A stretch of DNA of 64,000 bases from a virus (Duplodnaviria > Caudoviricetes), in IMG/VR virus record IMGVR_UViG_3300029305_003084; one strand, given 5' to 3'. The notes under the pieces were generated by a model that worked only from the letters and a program-made list of their open reading frames with translations, did no database searches and was not told the DNA's origin. The position numbers and the translations under genes are program-made. How positions within the stretch are numbered: position 1 is the first letter of the stretch; each line of letters starts with the position of its first letter. Shown one piece after another: positions 43,216 to 53,203 of this stretch.

Positions 43216-44451
43216 TTATTTCGGTTTTTTAAATTTAAGTGCAGCTTCAATACTAAAGTCATCACCTTCTCGTTCAAACATTAGTATCTCGGAAGATAAT
43301 CTATAATTACCACCGTATTCTTTTTGTAATTCTGAACCTTCACATATAAATGAATACTGTTTATTGGGAGATAGTAACCCCATATCAAAATCTACTGCGT
43401 TTATAGTAAGAATATGATCATTTTCAATTTTTTCATTTTCAATCATATCTTTTAAGAAAGGATTATTGAAATTATTTACTAAGTACTTACTATTATGATT
43501 TGAACGTACTCTAACATCTGGTTTTGCTGTAGATACACTATCTGAGCTACCACTAATTAAATTTACTTCAGAGCCACTTATTTCATTTTCAATAATAGAT
43601 TTTGTATTGATTGATAGGTTATCCCTGGTCACATGAAGAGTATATGTCTTTGTTATATTATCTTTAAAATTACCAGGAGTAAAACTTCTATTATTTGCAG
43701 TTTTATATACTTCAATAATGACCTTTTTATACTCATTAGGTTTATATGTATTACCTAGTGCAGTTTTACTTAATAGATAAGTTGTGTCGAAATCATAAAA
43801 TAGAATTGATCCATTCTTATAAAATCCATATCGCTTTTCTAAATATAATATATTTTGAATAATTGTAGTAGGTAATAATGCAATTTCATTATATTGATTT
43901 GTATTTTGTAATGGGCTCATCAATAATTTAGATGTTCCTGATTTTGATAATAAATATACAAGAGCATCTGTAATATTAGATGATTGTAATATTCTGTTTA
44001 TTACAGTTCTTGACGATGTTATGTCAGATTCTTTGAATAAATATAATTCAATAAAACCACCAGTCATTTGGTTATCTGTGATATCCATCATTCTATTATA
44101 ATTATCTTTATCTAAATGGAAATTATCGTCATCAGTATATATTGCAAATGTTGAATCAAAAATAGTTTCTCTAAATTTAACTTTTTCTGTATCAGTATAT
44201 TGATATGATTCTAATTTGACATTAAATTTTACAGTTGTTTTATTTTTGACTATTTTATAGTAGAGTGGATAGTCGATTAATAATTTTACTTGGAAAATAG
44301 GAAAAAATAAATTATCATAATCACGTTCTATACGAAAGCTATAAATATTAGCTTGTCTCAATTTTAAAGGTTCTTCATTCGGGATGATAATATCAAATTT
44401 TGATATTAAATATCTATAAAAATTAGTTCTTGTTTCCATATATCTTATCAC
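43216..44451 (-). CDS. Putative baseplate hub/tail protein
   Basis: 411 aa, beta-rich, C-terminal GGNYRLSS; CACA-N6-TA promoter variant upstream. Confidence 0.45.
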   Translation of the reverse strand: MIRYMETRTNFYRYLISKFDIIIPNEEPLKLRQANIYSFRIERDYDNLFFPIFQVKLLIDYPLYYKIVKNKTTVKFNVKLESYQYTDTEKVKFRETIFDSTFAIYTDDDNFHLDKDNYNRMMDITDNQMTGGFIELYLFKESDITSSRTVINRILQSSNITDALVYLLSKSGTSKLLMSPLQNTNQYNEIALLPTTIIQNILYLEKRYGFYKNGSILFYDFDTTYLLSKTALGNTYKPNEYKKVIIEVYKTANNRSFTPGNFKDNITKTYTLHVTRDNLSINTKSIIENEISGSEVNLISGSSDSVSTAKPDVRVRSNHNSKYLVNNFNNPFLKDMIENEKIENDHILTINAVDFDMGLLSPNKQYSFICEGSELQKEYGGNYRLSSEILMFEREGDDFSIEAALKFKKPK

Positions 44452-44527
44452 CTCGTTTATACTTATAATATTGTGGTATTTATATAAAAAAAGAAAGGTG
44501 TCTAAATAGACACCTTTCGTATATGTG

Positions 44528-44770
44528 TTATCTCAGAATATTTCCAAAAGGTCCTTTTACAGTAACCGTACCGTTTTTATTATAGGTATAGTGTTCTTCA
44601 TACCCATTATTATCTCGATAAGAAATAAGACGACCCTGAGCATCATATTCTCTCCAGGATTCTGCACCTTCATCATTTTTACGATGCAGAGGCTTGCAGT
44701 TGCAGTTCAGTTCTGCAAATTCATGTTCCTTAACCAGAGTGCCGATGCTGTTGTTGTAATTTCTTTTCAT
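44528..44770 (-). CDS. YD-repeat-like small protein (MKRxYN family)
   Basis: EYDAQGRLISYRDNNG; shared N-terminus. Confidence 0.65.
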   Translation of the reverse strand: MKRNYNNSIGTLVKEHEFAELNCNCKPLHRKNDEGAESWREYDAQGRLISYRDNNGYEEHYTYNKNGTVTVKGPFGNILR

Positions 44771-44901
44771 GATACTATCTCCTTAAAATGATTTTTTTTG
44801 ATGTAAATTATATTTACATTACTTTTATAATATATATTTATAATCTTTAAATTTACGAAAAAAAGAAAGATATGGGAATATTCCCATATCTTTCTTTATA
44901 A

Positions 44902-45495
44902 TTAATCTATTGTAGTTTTTACAAGTAAATCAGGATACATATCACAAACACTCATATTACAAATATCATGATATTGTTTTCGATCACTATTGCGTTCAAA
45001 TCGTATTGGCTTTCCATTTTTATCATATATGATCCATGATTCATATCCACTATTATCTTTATAATGAGTGGATAATGGGTTATATTCCCATTGTTTTACA
45101 TTTCCATCAGAATCCTTTATGCAGATAAGACGATTTTTATTATCGTACTCTAGCCAATATTCATATGATGTAATACAATTTTTGACATGAATCTGATTGT
45201 CATTATCATCATATTCGTACTCAAACCATGTATCGAAACTATCCTTCCATAGCAATAAATTTCCTCTAGAATCATAATCTTTCCATATTTCAGATATTTC
45301 GGTTTCTTCACCATATGTTATTTTTGTCATATTATAAATCTCTTTACCGTTATCATTATATGTATAGTATTCTTCTAAAATAATTGCCAATTCACCAGAT
45401 TTAGTGTAGATCGGATCACAATTACAATTAATTGCTTCATATCCATCATCTAATAATACAAAAGCTACTATTCTATTATAATCACGTTTCATCAT
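44902..45495 (-). CDS. YD-repeat protein (MKRDYN family)
   Basis: Repeated W.EYD..G/N units. Confidence 0.7.
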   Translation of the reverse strand: MMKRDYNRIVAFVLLDDGYEAINCNCDPIYTKSGELAIILEEYYTYNDNGKEIYNMTKITYGEETEISEIWKDYDSRGNLLLWKDSFDTWFEYEYDDNDNQIHVKNCITSYEYWLEYDNKNRLICIKDSDGNVKQWEYNPLSTHYKDNSGYESWIIYDKNGKPIRFERNSDRKQYHDICNMSVCDMYPDLLVKTTID

Positions 45496-45513
45496 ATTCT
45501 ACACATCCTATTA

Positions 45514-46053
45514 TTAATGATCAATGTCAGTTGTATTATTAATAAGTGATTTTGAGTTAGAAGTAGAGAGTTTTTCATTAAGCTTTTTTTTATATGCTTT
45601 ATTACCACACTTAATGATTGCTATTGCCTCTTTTAAATCATATTCAGTATTCCAGTAGATAACTCTTTTTCTATTTAGTTTATAGATACAATATATTGGA
45701 ATGTTATTAATATAAAGTATCTTTACTTCTGGTGAACATGTGTAAAATGGAAGACCTTCTGGTTTATTTAAATACTCATCATATGTATAAGTTTCGACTA
45801 GAGATCCTTTATAATAGAATTTAAAAGGTGAGTATTCTGGCTCTCCAGTTTTAAGCCAATCAAGATTATGTACGTTGAACCTATATAGTATACTATCATA
45901 ATACCATGGCTCAAATTTAAATTCTTTAGCAATTGCTATACAAAACAGCACTAATACGAATATCACATCCGTTATGATAATAAATGCAAGAGAATGATTA
46001 TTATAAAATTGACCAATTATGTTCATAATATACTCCTTATATAAATTATACAT
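45514..46053 (-). CDS. Hypothetical membrane-anchored protein
   Basis: N-terminal TM helix. Confidence 0.6.
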   Translation of the reverse strand: MYNLYKEYIMNIIGQFYNNHSLAFIIITDVIFVLVLFCIAIAKEFKFEPWYYDSILYRFNVHNLDWLKTGEPEYSPFKFYYKGSLVETYTYDEYLNKPEGLPFYTCSPEVKILYINNIPIYCIYKLNRKRVIYWNTEYDLKEAIAIIKCGNKAYKKKLNEKLSTSNSKSLINNTTDIDH

Positions 46054-46441
46054 TTAGTGATTTTATAAAATTGATACGATCTCTTTCCAACCACACTTCA
46101 TTATGTCTGAGCTCAATATTTATATCAAGCTTTTGTAGAATTTCATCAATAGTGTATTTTCCATCTTCGGTATCAGTACCATTAATCATTAGCAGGACTA
46201 TCTTAATCAAACGATCTCGAGTTAACATCATTAATTCAGTGGATCGCTTTTCAATAATTTTTGTTTTGCATTTTTCAGGCATTGATACATCAACAGTATA
46301 AACACTTTTAGATTCATCAATGTCAAATTCTTTAATTAACATACCATGCATTAGTAATAATGACAGATGTTCGCCAATTTTTTCTTTTCCAGGATATTCT
46401 TCAGTTTTCTTCTTTTTAGGGAATTCAATGATTTTAGCCAT
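46046..46441 (-). CDS. Hypothetical protein
   Basis: MAKIIEFPKK N-terminus with AGGAGG SD. Confidence 0.65.
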   Translation of the reverse strand: MAKIIEFPKKKKTEEYPGKEKIGEHLSLLLMHGMLIKEFDIDESKSVYTVDVSMPEKCKTKIIEKRSTELMMLTRDRLIKIVLLMINGTDTEDGKYTIDEILQKLDINIELRHNEVWLERDRINFIKSLNV

Positions 46442-47162
46442 TATATATTTTCCTCCTTATATCGGCAAAAATTTCATGTAATTTGGTATTATTACATGAG
46501 TTATATTTAGGAAAGTTTTCCATAATCCGTTCATATATTAACTCATTTGCCTGATTTCCACCACAGCTATCTGCAACATATGCATTTTCACCAAATAAGT
46601 ATTTAAATATCTTATTTAAAATTTCTTGAGCATTTGATTCATATGTATCTCTTATAGTCTTATCTTCAACACGGATTAATTCTGCTTTATCAGAATAGTA
46701 ATATGTTTTATCAACACCTTTACTATTCTTATAATCAATGGAGTTTGTATCCTCATTATATTTATAGTTACATGAATATTTGCTTAACTTGGTGAGAACA
46801 ATACGATTATTCAATTCATCATAATCTCTCCACTCACCTTTAAAGCCCCAAGAAGTTTTACGAAAGATTGGTAATCCATTATCATTATGATAATACCATT
46901 GTTCTACACCATTACAATTTTTGGTCCATGTAGTATTATTGAATTTATCATAATGATATTGATGTGGATTAGATTGATCGGGAAATTTTTTATAAATGAT
47001 GTTACCATTATCATCATACATTCTTTCAATGAATCCTTTTTCTCGTCTTTCTAAATAAATTACATCAGGTTCATGTTTTTCTTGAAAGTTTTCTTCCATA
47101 TATCGCATATCAATTGTACTCCTCTCTTGATAATATTTGCTTTGCAAGTTTATCACCACCAT
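46434..47162 (-). CDS. YD-repeat-like protein
   Basis: YDDNGNII, YDKFNN and YNED repeats; true start may be downstream. Confidence 0.6.
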   Translation of the reverse strand: MVVINLQSKYYQERSTIDMRYMEENFQEKHEPDVIYLERREKGFIERMYDDNGNIIYKKFPDQSNPHQYHYDKFNNTTWTKNCNGVEQWYYHNDNGLPIFRKTSWGFKGEWRDYDELNNRIVLTKLSKYSCNYKYNEDTNSIDYKNSKGVDKTYYYSDKAELIRVEDKTIRDTYESNAQEILNKIFKYLFGENAYVADSCGGNQANELIYERIMENFPKYNSCNNTKLHEIFADIRRKIYNG

Positions 47163-47541
47163 ATGTATTGTATGTGACTATTGCTTGATGTACAGTATTC
47201 ATTTCAAGTTTTGTTAATCGATGATAATGTATATCATTTACACTTTCGTGTTTTAAATATCCGATGATTTTATTATCTGGAAGTTTTACATATATACATT
47301 CTTCATATTCTCCATAATATTCTCTTTCTCGTATCATTTTAAGCAGAACACCATATGTATCAAATACATATCGAATATATAGTCCAGGCTGATATACTAC
47401 TGTATCATTTTCAATATATAACGATTCATCGGTATATCCATGATCCTGTATAAATATAATCTTATTCAGTTTATTATTGCTGTCATATTCATATCTAATA
47501 TTAGACGAATCTTCTTTTTTGGTTAATATTAACTTTTTCAT
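47110..47541 (-). CDS. Hypothetical protein (MKKLILTKK family)
   Basis: Paralog of 47547 and 49721. Confidence 0.7.
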   Translation of the reverse strand: MKKLILTKKEDSSNIRYEYDSNNKLNKIIFIQDHGYTDESLYIENDTVVYQPGLYIRYVFDTYGVLLKMIREREYYGEYEECIYVKLPDNKIIGYLKHESVNDIHYHRLTKLEMNTVHQAIVTYNTYGGDKLAKQILSREEYN

Positions 47542-47546
47542 AATAA

Positions 47547-47966
47547 TTACTCCTTTTTTAATAAAATCTGTTTTGCAAGTTTGTTTCCACCATATGTCCT
47601 ATACATTTCTGTTGCATGATTTATATCTTGTGCTTCACAAATACTTAAATCACGATAAATTATATGACCGTCACCATCTTCCATTATTAATCCGATAACA
47701 ATATTTTTATTCATAACATATGAATATTCGCTATATTCTCCATAATATTGATCCTCTAGTATCTTTTTAATTGGATTTCCATATTCATCAAATACAAATC
47801 GAACATCGAGATCATGTTGATAAATAACTGTGTCATTTTCTATACACAACATCCCAGTACAACCAATAGAATGATTAAATATGATTTTATTCAGTTTATT
47901 ATTACTATCATATTCATATCTAATATTAGACGAATCATCTTTTTTAGTCATTATTAATTTTTTCAT
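47547..47966 (-). CDS. Hypothetical protein (MKKLIMTKK family)
   Basis: Start ATG 47966 with AAGGAG SD; N- and C-termini near-identical to 47110. Confidence 0.7.
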   Translation of the reverse strand: MKKLIMTKKDDSSNIRYEYDSNNKLNKIIFNHSIGCTGMLCIENDTVIYQHDLDVRFVFDEYGNPIKKILEDQYYGEYSEYSYVMNKNIVIGLIMEDGDGHIIYRDLSICEAQDINHATEMYRTYGGNKLAKQILLKKE

Positions 47967-47979
47967 TATACTTACTCCT

Positions 47980-48396
47980 TTATTTAATTCTTTTAATATA
48001 ATACGCAGGAATGAGCTCACATCCAGCTAAAGCAATATGTTGAATCCATTCTTTTGTAATAAGTATAAATGAATTTTCAAAAGAAGAACTATGTCTTTCT
48101 GAAATTAACCAATAATTATCTTTATCTTTATATACAATATATGGACAATCATACTTTAATACAATTTCTCTAGAAGTATTTCGTCTAACGAGTTCTAGCT
48201 TAAATTTAAATGTACCACACTCATGATATTTAAATGTATAAAGCATACGGTCAATTATAGTTTTTAATATATCATACTTAGACTCTACATCAAACCCAAA
48301 ATCATACATTACTAACATACGATAATTATCAGGAACTCCGATAGATGCAATCTTCTTATCATTGCAATAAATTCTAGTATAATATCTGGTGCTCAT
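47980..48396 (-). CDS. Hypothetical protein
   Basis: 138-aa ORF with SD. Confidence 0.6.
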   Translation of the reverse strand: MSTRYYTRIYCNDKKIASIGVPDNYRMLVMYDFGFDVESKYDILKTIIDRMLYTFKYHECGTFKFKLELVRRNTSREIVLKYDCPYIVYKDKDNYWLISERHSSSFENSFILITKEWIQHIALAGCELIPAYYIKRIK

Positions 48397-48402
48397 AATG
48401 TA

Positions 48403-48864
48403 TTACTCCTTTAATTTAGATTTTACGATTGTTGCTTCGGCAAGTAAGATTTTAGTAAAAACAGACTTATAGTCACTTACAATTTTTTCATAGTTGATAA
48501 AAGATGTATTATTACTGACAACATCCAATTTTAACCATTTATGTGTGGGAAAATTGTATAGTATACTTATTTTATTATATCCCATTTTATCATTTATAAT
48601 TTCTAAATCTCTTCTACTAGGAACTTTTGCAAATTTAAAATATTTAGCTTTATGTAAATTATCGAAATTTACTTGAGAGAAGTCACTAGTTAAAATGATA
48701 GTGCCTTCATCTTCCCATCGTTGTAATATTTTACGACATTCATTATCAATAAAAGATTCAAATTGAGACTCTAGTCCATATGAATCTTTAGCATATAATG
48801 TTGATCCATTATTTAGTTTAATAAATACACCTTCATCTACGATAAAGTCTTTCATGTCTATCAT
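48403..48864 (-). CDS. Hypothetical protein
   Basis: 153-aa ORF with GGAGG SD. Confidence 0.6.
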   Translation of the reverse strand: MIDMKDFIVDEGVFIKLNNGSTLYAKDSYGLESQFESFIDNECRKILQRWEDEGTIILTSDFSQVNFDNLHKAKYFKFAKVPSRRDLEIINDKMGYNKISILYNFPTHKWLKLDVVSNNTSFINYEKIVSDYKSVFTKILLAEATIVKSKLKE

Positions 48865-48867
48865 AAT

Positions 48868-49044
48868 TTATTCCTCCAATCCATTATTATCTTCAATTTC
48901 TATTAATTTAATAAATCTTCTCATATCGTTAATTGATTTATTAAATTTCCTATGTTGAATATTTTGACAAATATCCTTAATCATTGCATATGCTCCGAGA
49001 ATCATCCATAATATAAAAATGATACCTATCACTATAGCTCCCAT
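48868..49044 (-). CDS. Small membrane protein (58 aa, not in ORF track)
   Basis: MGAIVIGIIFILWMILGAYAMIK...; fills the gap in the operon. Confidence 0.55.
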   Translation of the reverse strand: MGAIVIGIIFILWMILGAYAMIKDICQNIQHRKFNKSINDMRRFIKLIEIEDNNGLEE

Positions 49045-49071
49045 AATTATCAGCTCCGATCATATTAATTA

Positions 49072-49344
49072 TTATTCATCATATTTTACAGAATATGTAT
49101 ATCCTGTTTCAGTAGTAATTTTAAGAGTTTTATCTTCGTCATTATATTCGAATTTCCATGAAAGACCAGTAGAACTATAAGCTATTTGTTTTCTTCCATA
49201 TTCATCATATTTAGATTTAGACCAACCACCCCAATAATATTCAGTATGGATTGGTTTCATGTCACAATTTACTGCAACATATTTTAATGATCTTTTACCA
49301 TTATATATAACAAAGGCTTCTATTCGGTTATAATCTTTTTTCAT
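49072..49344 (-). CDS. YD-repeat-like small protein (MKKDYN family)
   Basis: MKKDYNRIEAFV...VNCD...YDEYGR. Confidence 0.65.
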   Translation of the reverse strand: MKKDYNRIEAFVIYNGKRSLKYVAVNCDMKPIHTEYYWGGWSKSKYDEYGRKQIAYSSTGLSWKFEYNDEDKTLKITTETGYTYSVKYDE

Positions 49345-49354
49345 GATTTTCTCT

Positions 49355-49708
49355 TTATTTTTCTTTAAATGTATACATCATAGTCTGTTCATCATATTTT
49401 AATATAACATTATGGTTTGGTACAATTTCATGCTTTCCATTTCTAACCACAGAACATTCTATTTCACCATTCGGAAATTTTGCAACATATGATTGGATAT
49501 GTTTGGTATCATCAACATAATTAATCCAATTTTCAAATCCACTATTATTTGTATGATATACCACGCGACCATATTCGTCATATCTACAATAATCATTGTA
49601 TCTGTCTTCTACAACATAATTGATGAAATTATAGTCACAGTTTACTAATACATACCAATTTGGTCCATATATAATAGCAGCTTCTACTCTATTATAATCT
49701 CTTTTCAT
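49355..49708 (-). CDS. YD-repeat-like small protein (MKRDYN family)
   Basis: MKRDYNRVEAAI...VNCD...YDEYGR. Confidence 0.65.
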   Translation of the reverse strand: MKRDYNRVEAAIIYGPNWYVLVNCDYNFINYVVEDRYNDYCRYDEYGRVVYHTNNSGFENWINYVDDTKHIQSYVAKFPNGEIECSVVRNGKHEIVPNHNVILKYDEQTMMYTFKEK

Positions 49709-49720
49709 AGTTTATTCACC

Positions 49721-50095
49721 TCATTTAAAGAAATTTTGCACTTTAAGTTGTTTCCCAACCATTGATATCATATCTCTTGCAAATGTAACATTACCCCAAT
49801 CAATTTTTCTTGGATGTCGATGTATATTCATAATCTTTCTACCAATAATGTCACCATTAGAATCAGTTGTCGTCTCATACTCAATATCTCTTTCAATGTA
49901 TTCAGTTAATTCTTTATATTTATTAAATTTAATTATCGTACCATTATCATTATACACGATGTTTTCATTTTCAATATATAATGAAAATGATTCACCATCA
50001 ACAGGCACAACTCTAATGTGATTTAATTTATGATTACTATCATATCTATATCTAATATTAGCCGAATCATCTTTTTTAGTTAATATAACTTTCAT
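49721..50095 (-). CDS. Hypothetical protein (MKVILTKK family)
   Basis: TKKDDSANIRYRYDSNHKLN. Confidence 0.65.
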   Translation of the reverse strand: MKVILTKKDDSANIRYRYDSNHKLNHIRVVPVDGESFSLYIENENIVYNDNGTIIKFNKYKELTEYIERDIEYETTTDSNGDIIGRKIMNIHRHPRKIDWGNVTFARDMISMVGKQLKVQNFFK

Positions 50096-50325
50096 AATAC
50101 ATTCTCCTTATTATTTAAATATTTATAGCTTATGTCAACACCCCATATATACGAATAGTATCATTAGTATAATATGTATATTGAATTGTATCGCCATTAC
50201 CATTTTATATCCCATGTATCATCATAATACCAATCCATAAATGCTCTAATAAATTTTGATAATACTAATTTGATAAAAATGAATGCTATTATACCAAAGA
50301 TTATATTATTTACTGTATCCATAGT

Positions 50326-50574
50326 TTAGTTTTCCTTATTTAAAATTTTATTTAATTTATCAATGAGTATTTCAATTTTCCCACTCCATCCAAGATATTG
50401 AATAATCGTTATGTATATCAATTGTCCAATAAATATAAAAACTCCATTCATATTTACTGAATGATATAACCATATACCTAATGTTGGTATAGCGATACCT
50501 GGTAGAAATAATATTATTGCAACTATAGTTTTACTTGATAATTTCATAATATATTCTCCTTTAATAAATTTCAT
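50326..50574 (-). CDS. Small two-TM membrane protein
   Basis: Two hydrophobic helices; first gene after the early promoter at 50587-50597. Confidence 0.6.
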   Translation of the reverse strand: MKFIKGEYIMKLSSKTIVAIILFLPGIAIPTLGIWLYHSVNMNGVFIFIGQLIYITIIQYLGWSGKIEILIDKLNKILNKEN

Positions 50575-50682
50575 TATTATTACAATTATAATATATAATT
50601 GAAATTTTTGATAAAACGATTAATTATAAAAAAGTTAATAATAAAATATAATTTCATGTACATATATGTAATTAAAAAATAT

Positions 50683-50758
50683 GCTGGTGTAGCTCAGTTG
50701 GCAGAGCAGGTCATTTGTAATGATCAGGTCGGGGGTTCAAGTCCGTCCACCAGCTCCA
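50683..50758 (+). tRNA. tRNA-Thr(TGT)
   Basis: Cloverleaf, anticodon loop TT-TGT-AA, encoded CCA. Confidence 0.95.
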
Positions 50759-50850
50759 TGAAGAAATACATAATGTGTATTATTATATACACATTATGTA
50801 TTTTATAATATTTTATTATTTATATAACATAGTATTAATTGAAATTATAT

Positions 50851-50937
50851 GGAGAGATGTCCGAGTGGTTTAAGGAGCTGGTCTTGAAAACCAGTGACTC
50901 GATAGAGCCGTGGGTTCGAATCCCACTCTCTCCGCCA
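50851..50937 (+). tRNA. tRNA-Ser(TGA)
   Basis: Long variable arm, CT-TGA-AA, GCCA end. Confidence 0.95.
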
Positions 50938-50992
50938 CTTTAAATATACTATAATATTTTATTATTTAGATAACATATTATTAATCATATAC

Positions 50993-51086
50993 GGAGAAGT
51001 ACTCAAGAGGCTGAAGAGATTCCCCTGCTAAGGGAATAGGACACTAAAAAGGTGTTGCGAGGGTTCAAATCCCTCCTTCTCCGCCA
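50993..51086 (+). tRNA. tRNA-Ser(GCT)
   Basis: Long variable arm, CT-GCT-AA, GCCA end. Confidence 0.95.
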
Positions 51087-51091
51087 TATAT

Positions 51092-51167
51092 GTCTCAGTA
51101 GCTCAGTCGGTAGAGCGTTTGGCTGTTAACCAAAATGTCGTAGGATCGTGCCCTACCTGGGACGCCA
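51092..51167 (+). tRNA. tRNA-Asn(GTT) with atypical T-loop
   Basis: CT-GTT-AA loop, GCCA end, T-loop ATCGTGC. Confidence 0.9.
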
Positions 51168-51225
51168 CATGTAATGGTCTAATATATTTTATTAGACCAT
51201 TACTTTTTTATTATTTAAAAAATAC

Positions 51226-51312
51226 GCCGGAGTGGTGGAATCGGCAGACACCTGGGACTTAAAATCCCATGAGAGCGATCTCGTGCCAGTTCAAGTCTGG
51301 TCTCCGGCACCA
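51226..51312 (+). tRNA. tRNA-Leu(TAA)
   Basis: CT-TAA-AA loop, variable arm, ACCA end. Confidence 0.95.
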
Positions 51313-51426
51313 CAAATTCTTACTCCCGTCCAGGATATACTGCAATCATTGCAGTATATCCTACTTTTTATTTAAAAAAAATATAATCAGATAAGCTATA
51401 AAATTATAGCTTATCTGATTTTTTAA

Positions 51427-51978
51427 TTAATAATCAATACCTTTAATCATAACAATTTGATCAGAATCATATCCATATTCAATATTATCAAGTACATTAT
51501 CAATTTGATAATCTTCTGCATATTTAGCATTATATTTATTTCCATGAATCTGTCTATTATATCGAATAGTTATACTTTTATGAGTTCCGTCATTCTTAAC
51601 CATAAATAATTCATCATGCAATGCATCATATAATACAAAATAATCAACTGTATTTGTTGAATATTCCTTTTTGATAGAACTTATAGTATGATTATTTAAA
51701 TTCCATCCATTTTTTGTTAATGGGAAAACAATAGTATTATCAGTTCCATTAGTTGATGTTTTTACTTGAATAGTATTCCATCGTCTACCAAAATATGCTA
51801 ATAGATCAATATCATATATGTCGACTTTCATTTTGGCTACAGAAATATCTCGTTTTGCAAATTTTAATATAGTGACGTATTCACCAATTGATCCAATCTG
51901 AACCGGATGATATGCGTCTTTTAATTTCTTTTTATATTTTTTAAAATCATCTTTACTCAATATATGTATATTATTCAT
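51427..51978 (-). CDS. Free-standing PD-(D/E)XK endonuclease (I-Ssp6803I/PDDEXK_5-like)
   Basis: GSIGE...IDLLAYFGRRWNTIQVKTST...VDYFVLYD; start taken at ATG 51978. Confidence 0.75.
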   Translation of the reverse strand: MNNIHILSKDDFKKYKKKLKDAYHPVQIGSIGEYVTILKFAKRDISVAKMKVDIYDIDLLAYFGRRWNTIQVKTSTNGTDNTIVFPLTKNGWNLNNHTISSIKKEYSTNTVDYFVLYDALHDELFMVKNDGTHKSITIRYNRQIHGNKYNAKYAEDYQIDNVLDNIEYGYDSDQIVMIKGIDY

Positions 51979-52000
51979 ACCATTTAACCCTCCTTGTATT

Positions 52001-52753
52001 TTAACAATCAACTCCATTAATCATAACAATATTATCTGGAGTATACCCATATTCAATATTATCGAGCACATTATCAATTTGATAATCTACTGCATAATTT
52101 ATACCCTTATCATTAATACCATTAGGTTTCTTGTATCGAATAATTATGTTTTTACGCATCCCATCATTTTTTATCATAAATAATTCATTATGTAATGCAT
52201 CATATAAAATAAAATAATCAATATCTTTACTAGGATAGTTTTTCTTACTATAATACATCTTATTACCATCAACAACATAATTCATTCCAGTCAATGAAAA
52301 TGAAATATTATTTCCATAATCGTCAACAGTATATGTTGATGTTTTTACTTGAATAGTATTCCATCGTCCACCAAAATATGCTAATAAATCAACACCGCAT
52401 AAATCAATAAGTATTTCAGCAACAGGAATATCACGTTGCATAAATTTTAATACAGCCATACTTTCACCTATAGTACCTTTACTAACACGATGATTAAAAC
52501 CTTTTGATAACGTTTTTTCATATCTAGGAATATCTCGTTTAGCTAATACTTTAGCCTGACAATATTTTCTATATCCATTAACTGCTTTTTCTCTATTATC
52601 AGGATTAGTTAATACTCTAATTTGTCTGTTTCTACCATCTTCTGTTATAAACTTTTGTGAAAATTTTTTAGCACATTTAGATGAACAAAATCTGCCACTA
52701 CCATAAGAACCATCATGTTCTGCATTACAATACTCACAAATATACATAAACAA
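52001..52753 (-). CDS. PD-(D/E)XK endonuclease with N-terminal Zn finger (paralog of 51427)
   Basis: CEYC...FCSSKC; GTIGE...VDLLAYFGGRWNTIQVKTST. Confidence 0.78.
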   Translation of the reverse strand: MFMYICEYCNAEHDGSYGSGRFCSSKCAKKFSQKFITEDGRNRQIRVLTNPDNREKAVNGYRKYCQAKVLAKRDIPRYEKTLSKGFNHRVSKGTIGESMAVLKFMQRDIPVAEILIDLCGVDLLAYFGGRWNTIQVKTSTYTVDDYGNNISFSLTGMNYVVDGNKMYYSKKNYPSKDIDYFILYDALHNELFMIKNDGMRKNIIIRYKKPNGINDKGINYAVDYQIDNVLDNIEYGYTPDNIVMINGVDC

Positions 52754-52874
52754 TCCTCCTTATTATGAGTATATATTAATATAATATATAATTGAAATTT
52801 TTAATAAAACTATTGAATCAAAAAATAATAATAAATTATTATATCATATACATAATATTAATCAAAAAATATAT

Positions 52875-52949
52875 GCACCTGTAGCTTAATGGTAGAGCAG
52901 TATCCTTTTAAGATATTTTGTGGGGATTCGACTTCCTCCAGGTGCACCA
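52875..52949 (+). tRNA. tRNA-Lys(TTT)
   Basis: CT-TTT-AA loop, GCACCTG/CAGGTGC acceptor stem, ACCA end. Confidence 0.9.
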
Positions 52950-52955
52950 TAATAT

Positions 52956-53032
52956 GGGCCTTTAGATCAGTTGGTTAGATCCTTCAGCTCATAACTGAAA
53001 CGTCCACGGTTCGAGTCCGTGAAGGCCCACCA
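52956..53032 (+). tRNA. tRNA with CAT anticodon, probably Ile2 (lysidine type)
   Basis: CT-CAT-AA loop; the GGGCCTT acceptor resembles Firmicutes tRNA-Ile2 rather than initiator Met. Confidence 0.85.
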
Positions 53033-53203
53033 TTTACCTATTTTTACTGAAGCCAAGCTCCTAAATAACGGTTTCATATTTATTCTCCTTTTAATCTGTT
53101 TTATGTCATATACCTAATCCGACCATTAGGTATATGACACCCTTTTATTTTTTCTATACTATTAACAACTATATAATTGATTAGATTGTATTAATAGAAA
53201 GGG

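Noticed and set aside
50989-50997. Array-2 spacer (TCTCCGTAT) is complementary to ATACGGAGA at the tRNA-Ser(GCT) 5' end
   Set aside because: The partner spacer does not match the adjacent 9 nt, and single 9-mer hits are expected by chance. I found no convincing self-target by eye, but a systematic search was not possible.
53033-53095. Minus-strand SD+ATG reading antisense into the CAT-anticodon tRNA; CTCCT anti-SD-like motifs in the tRNA trailer
   Set aside because: It would overlap tRNA genes antisense; no other support for a peptide or sRNA.
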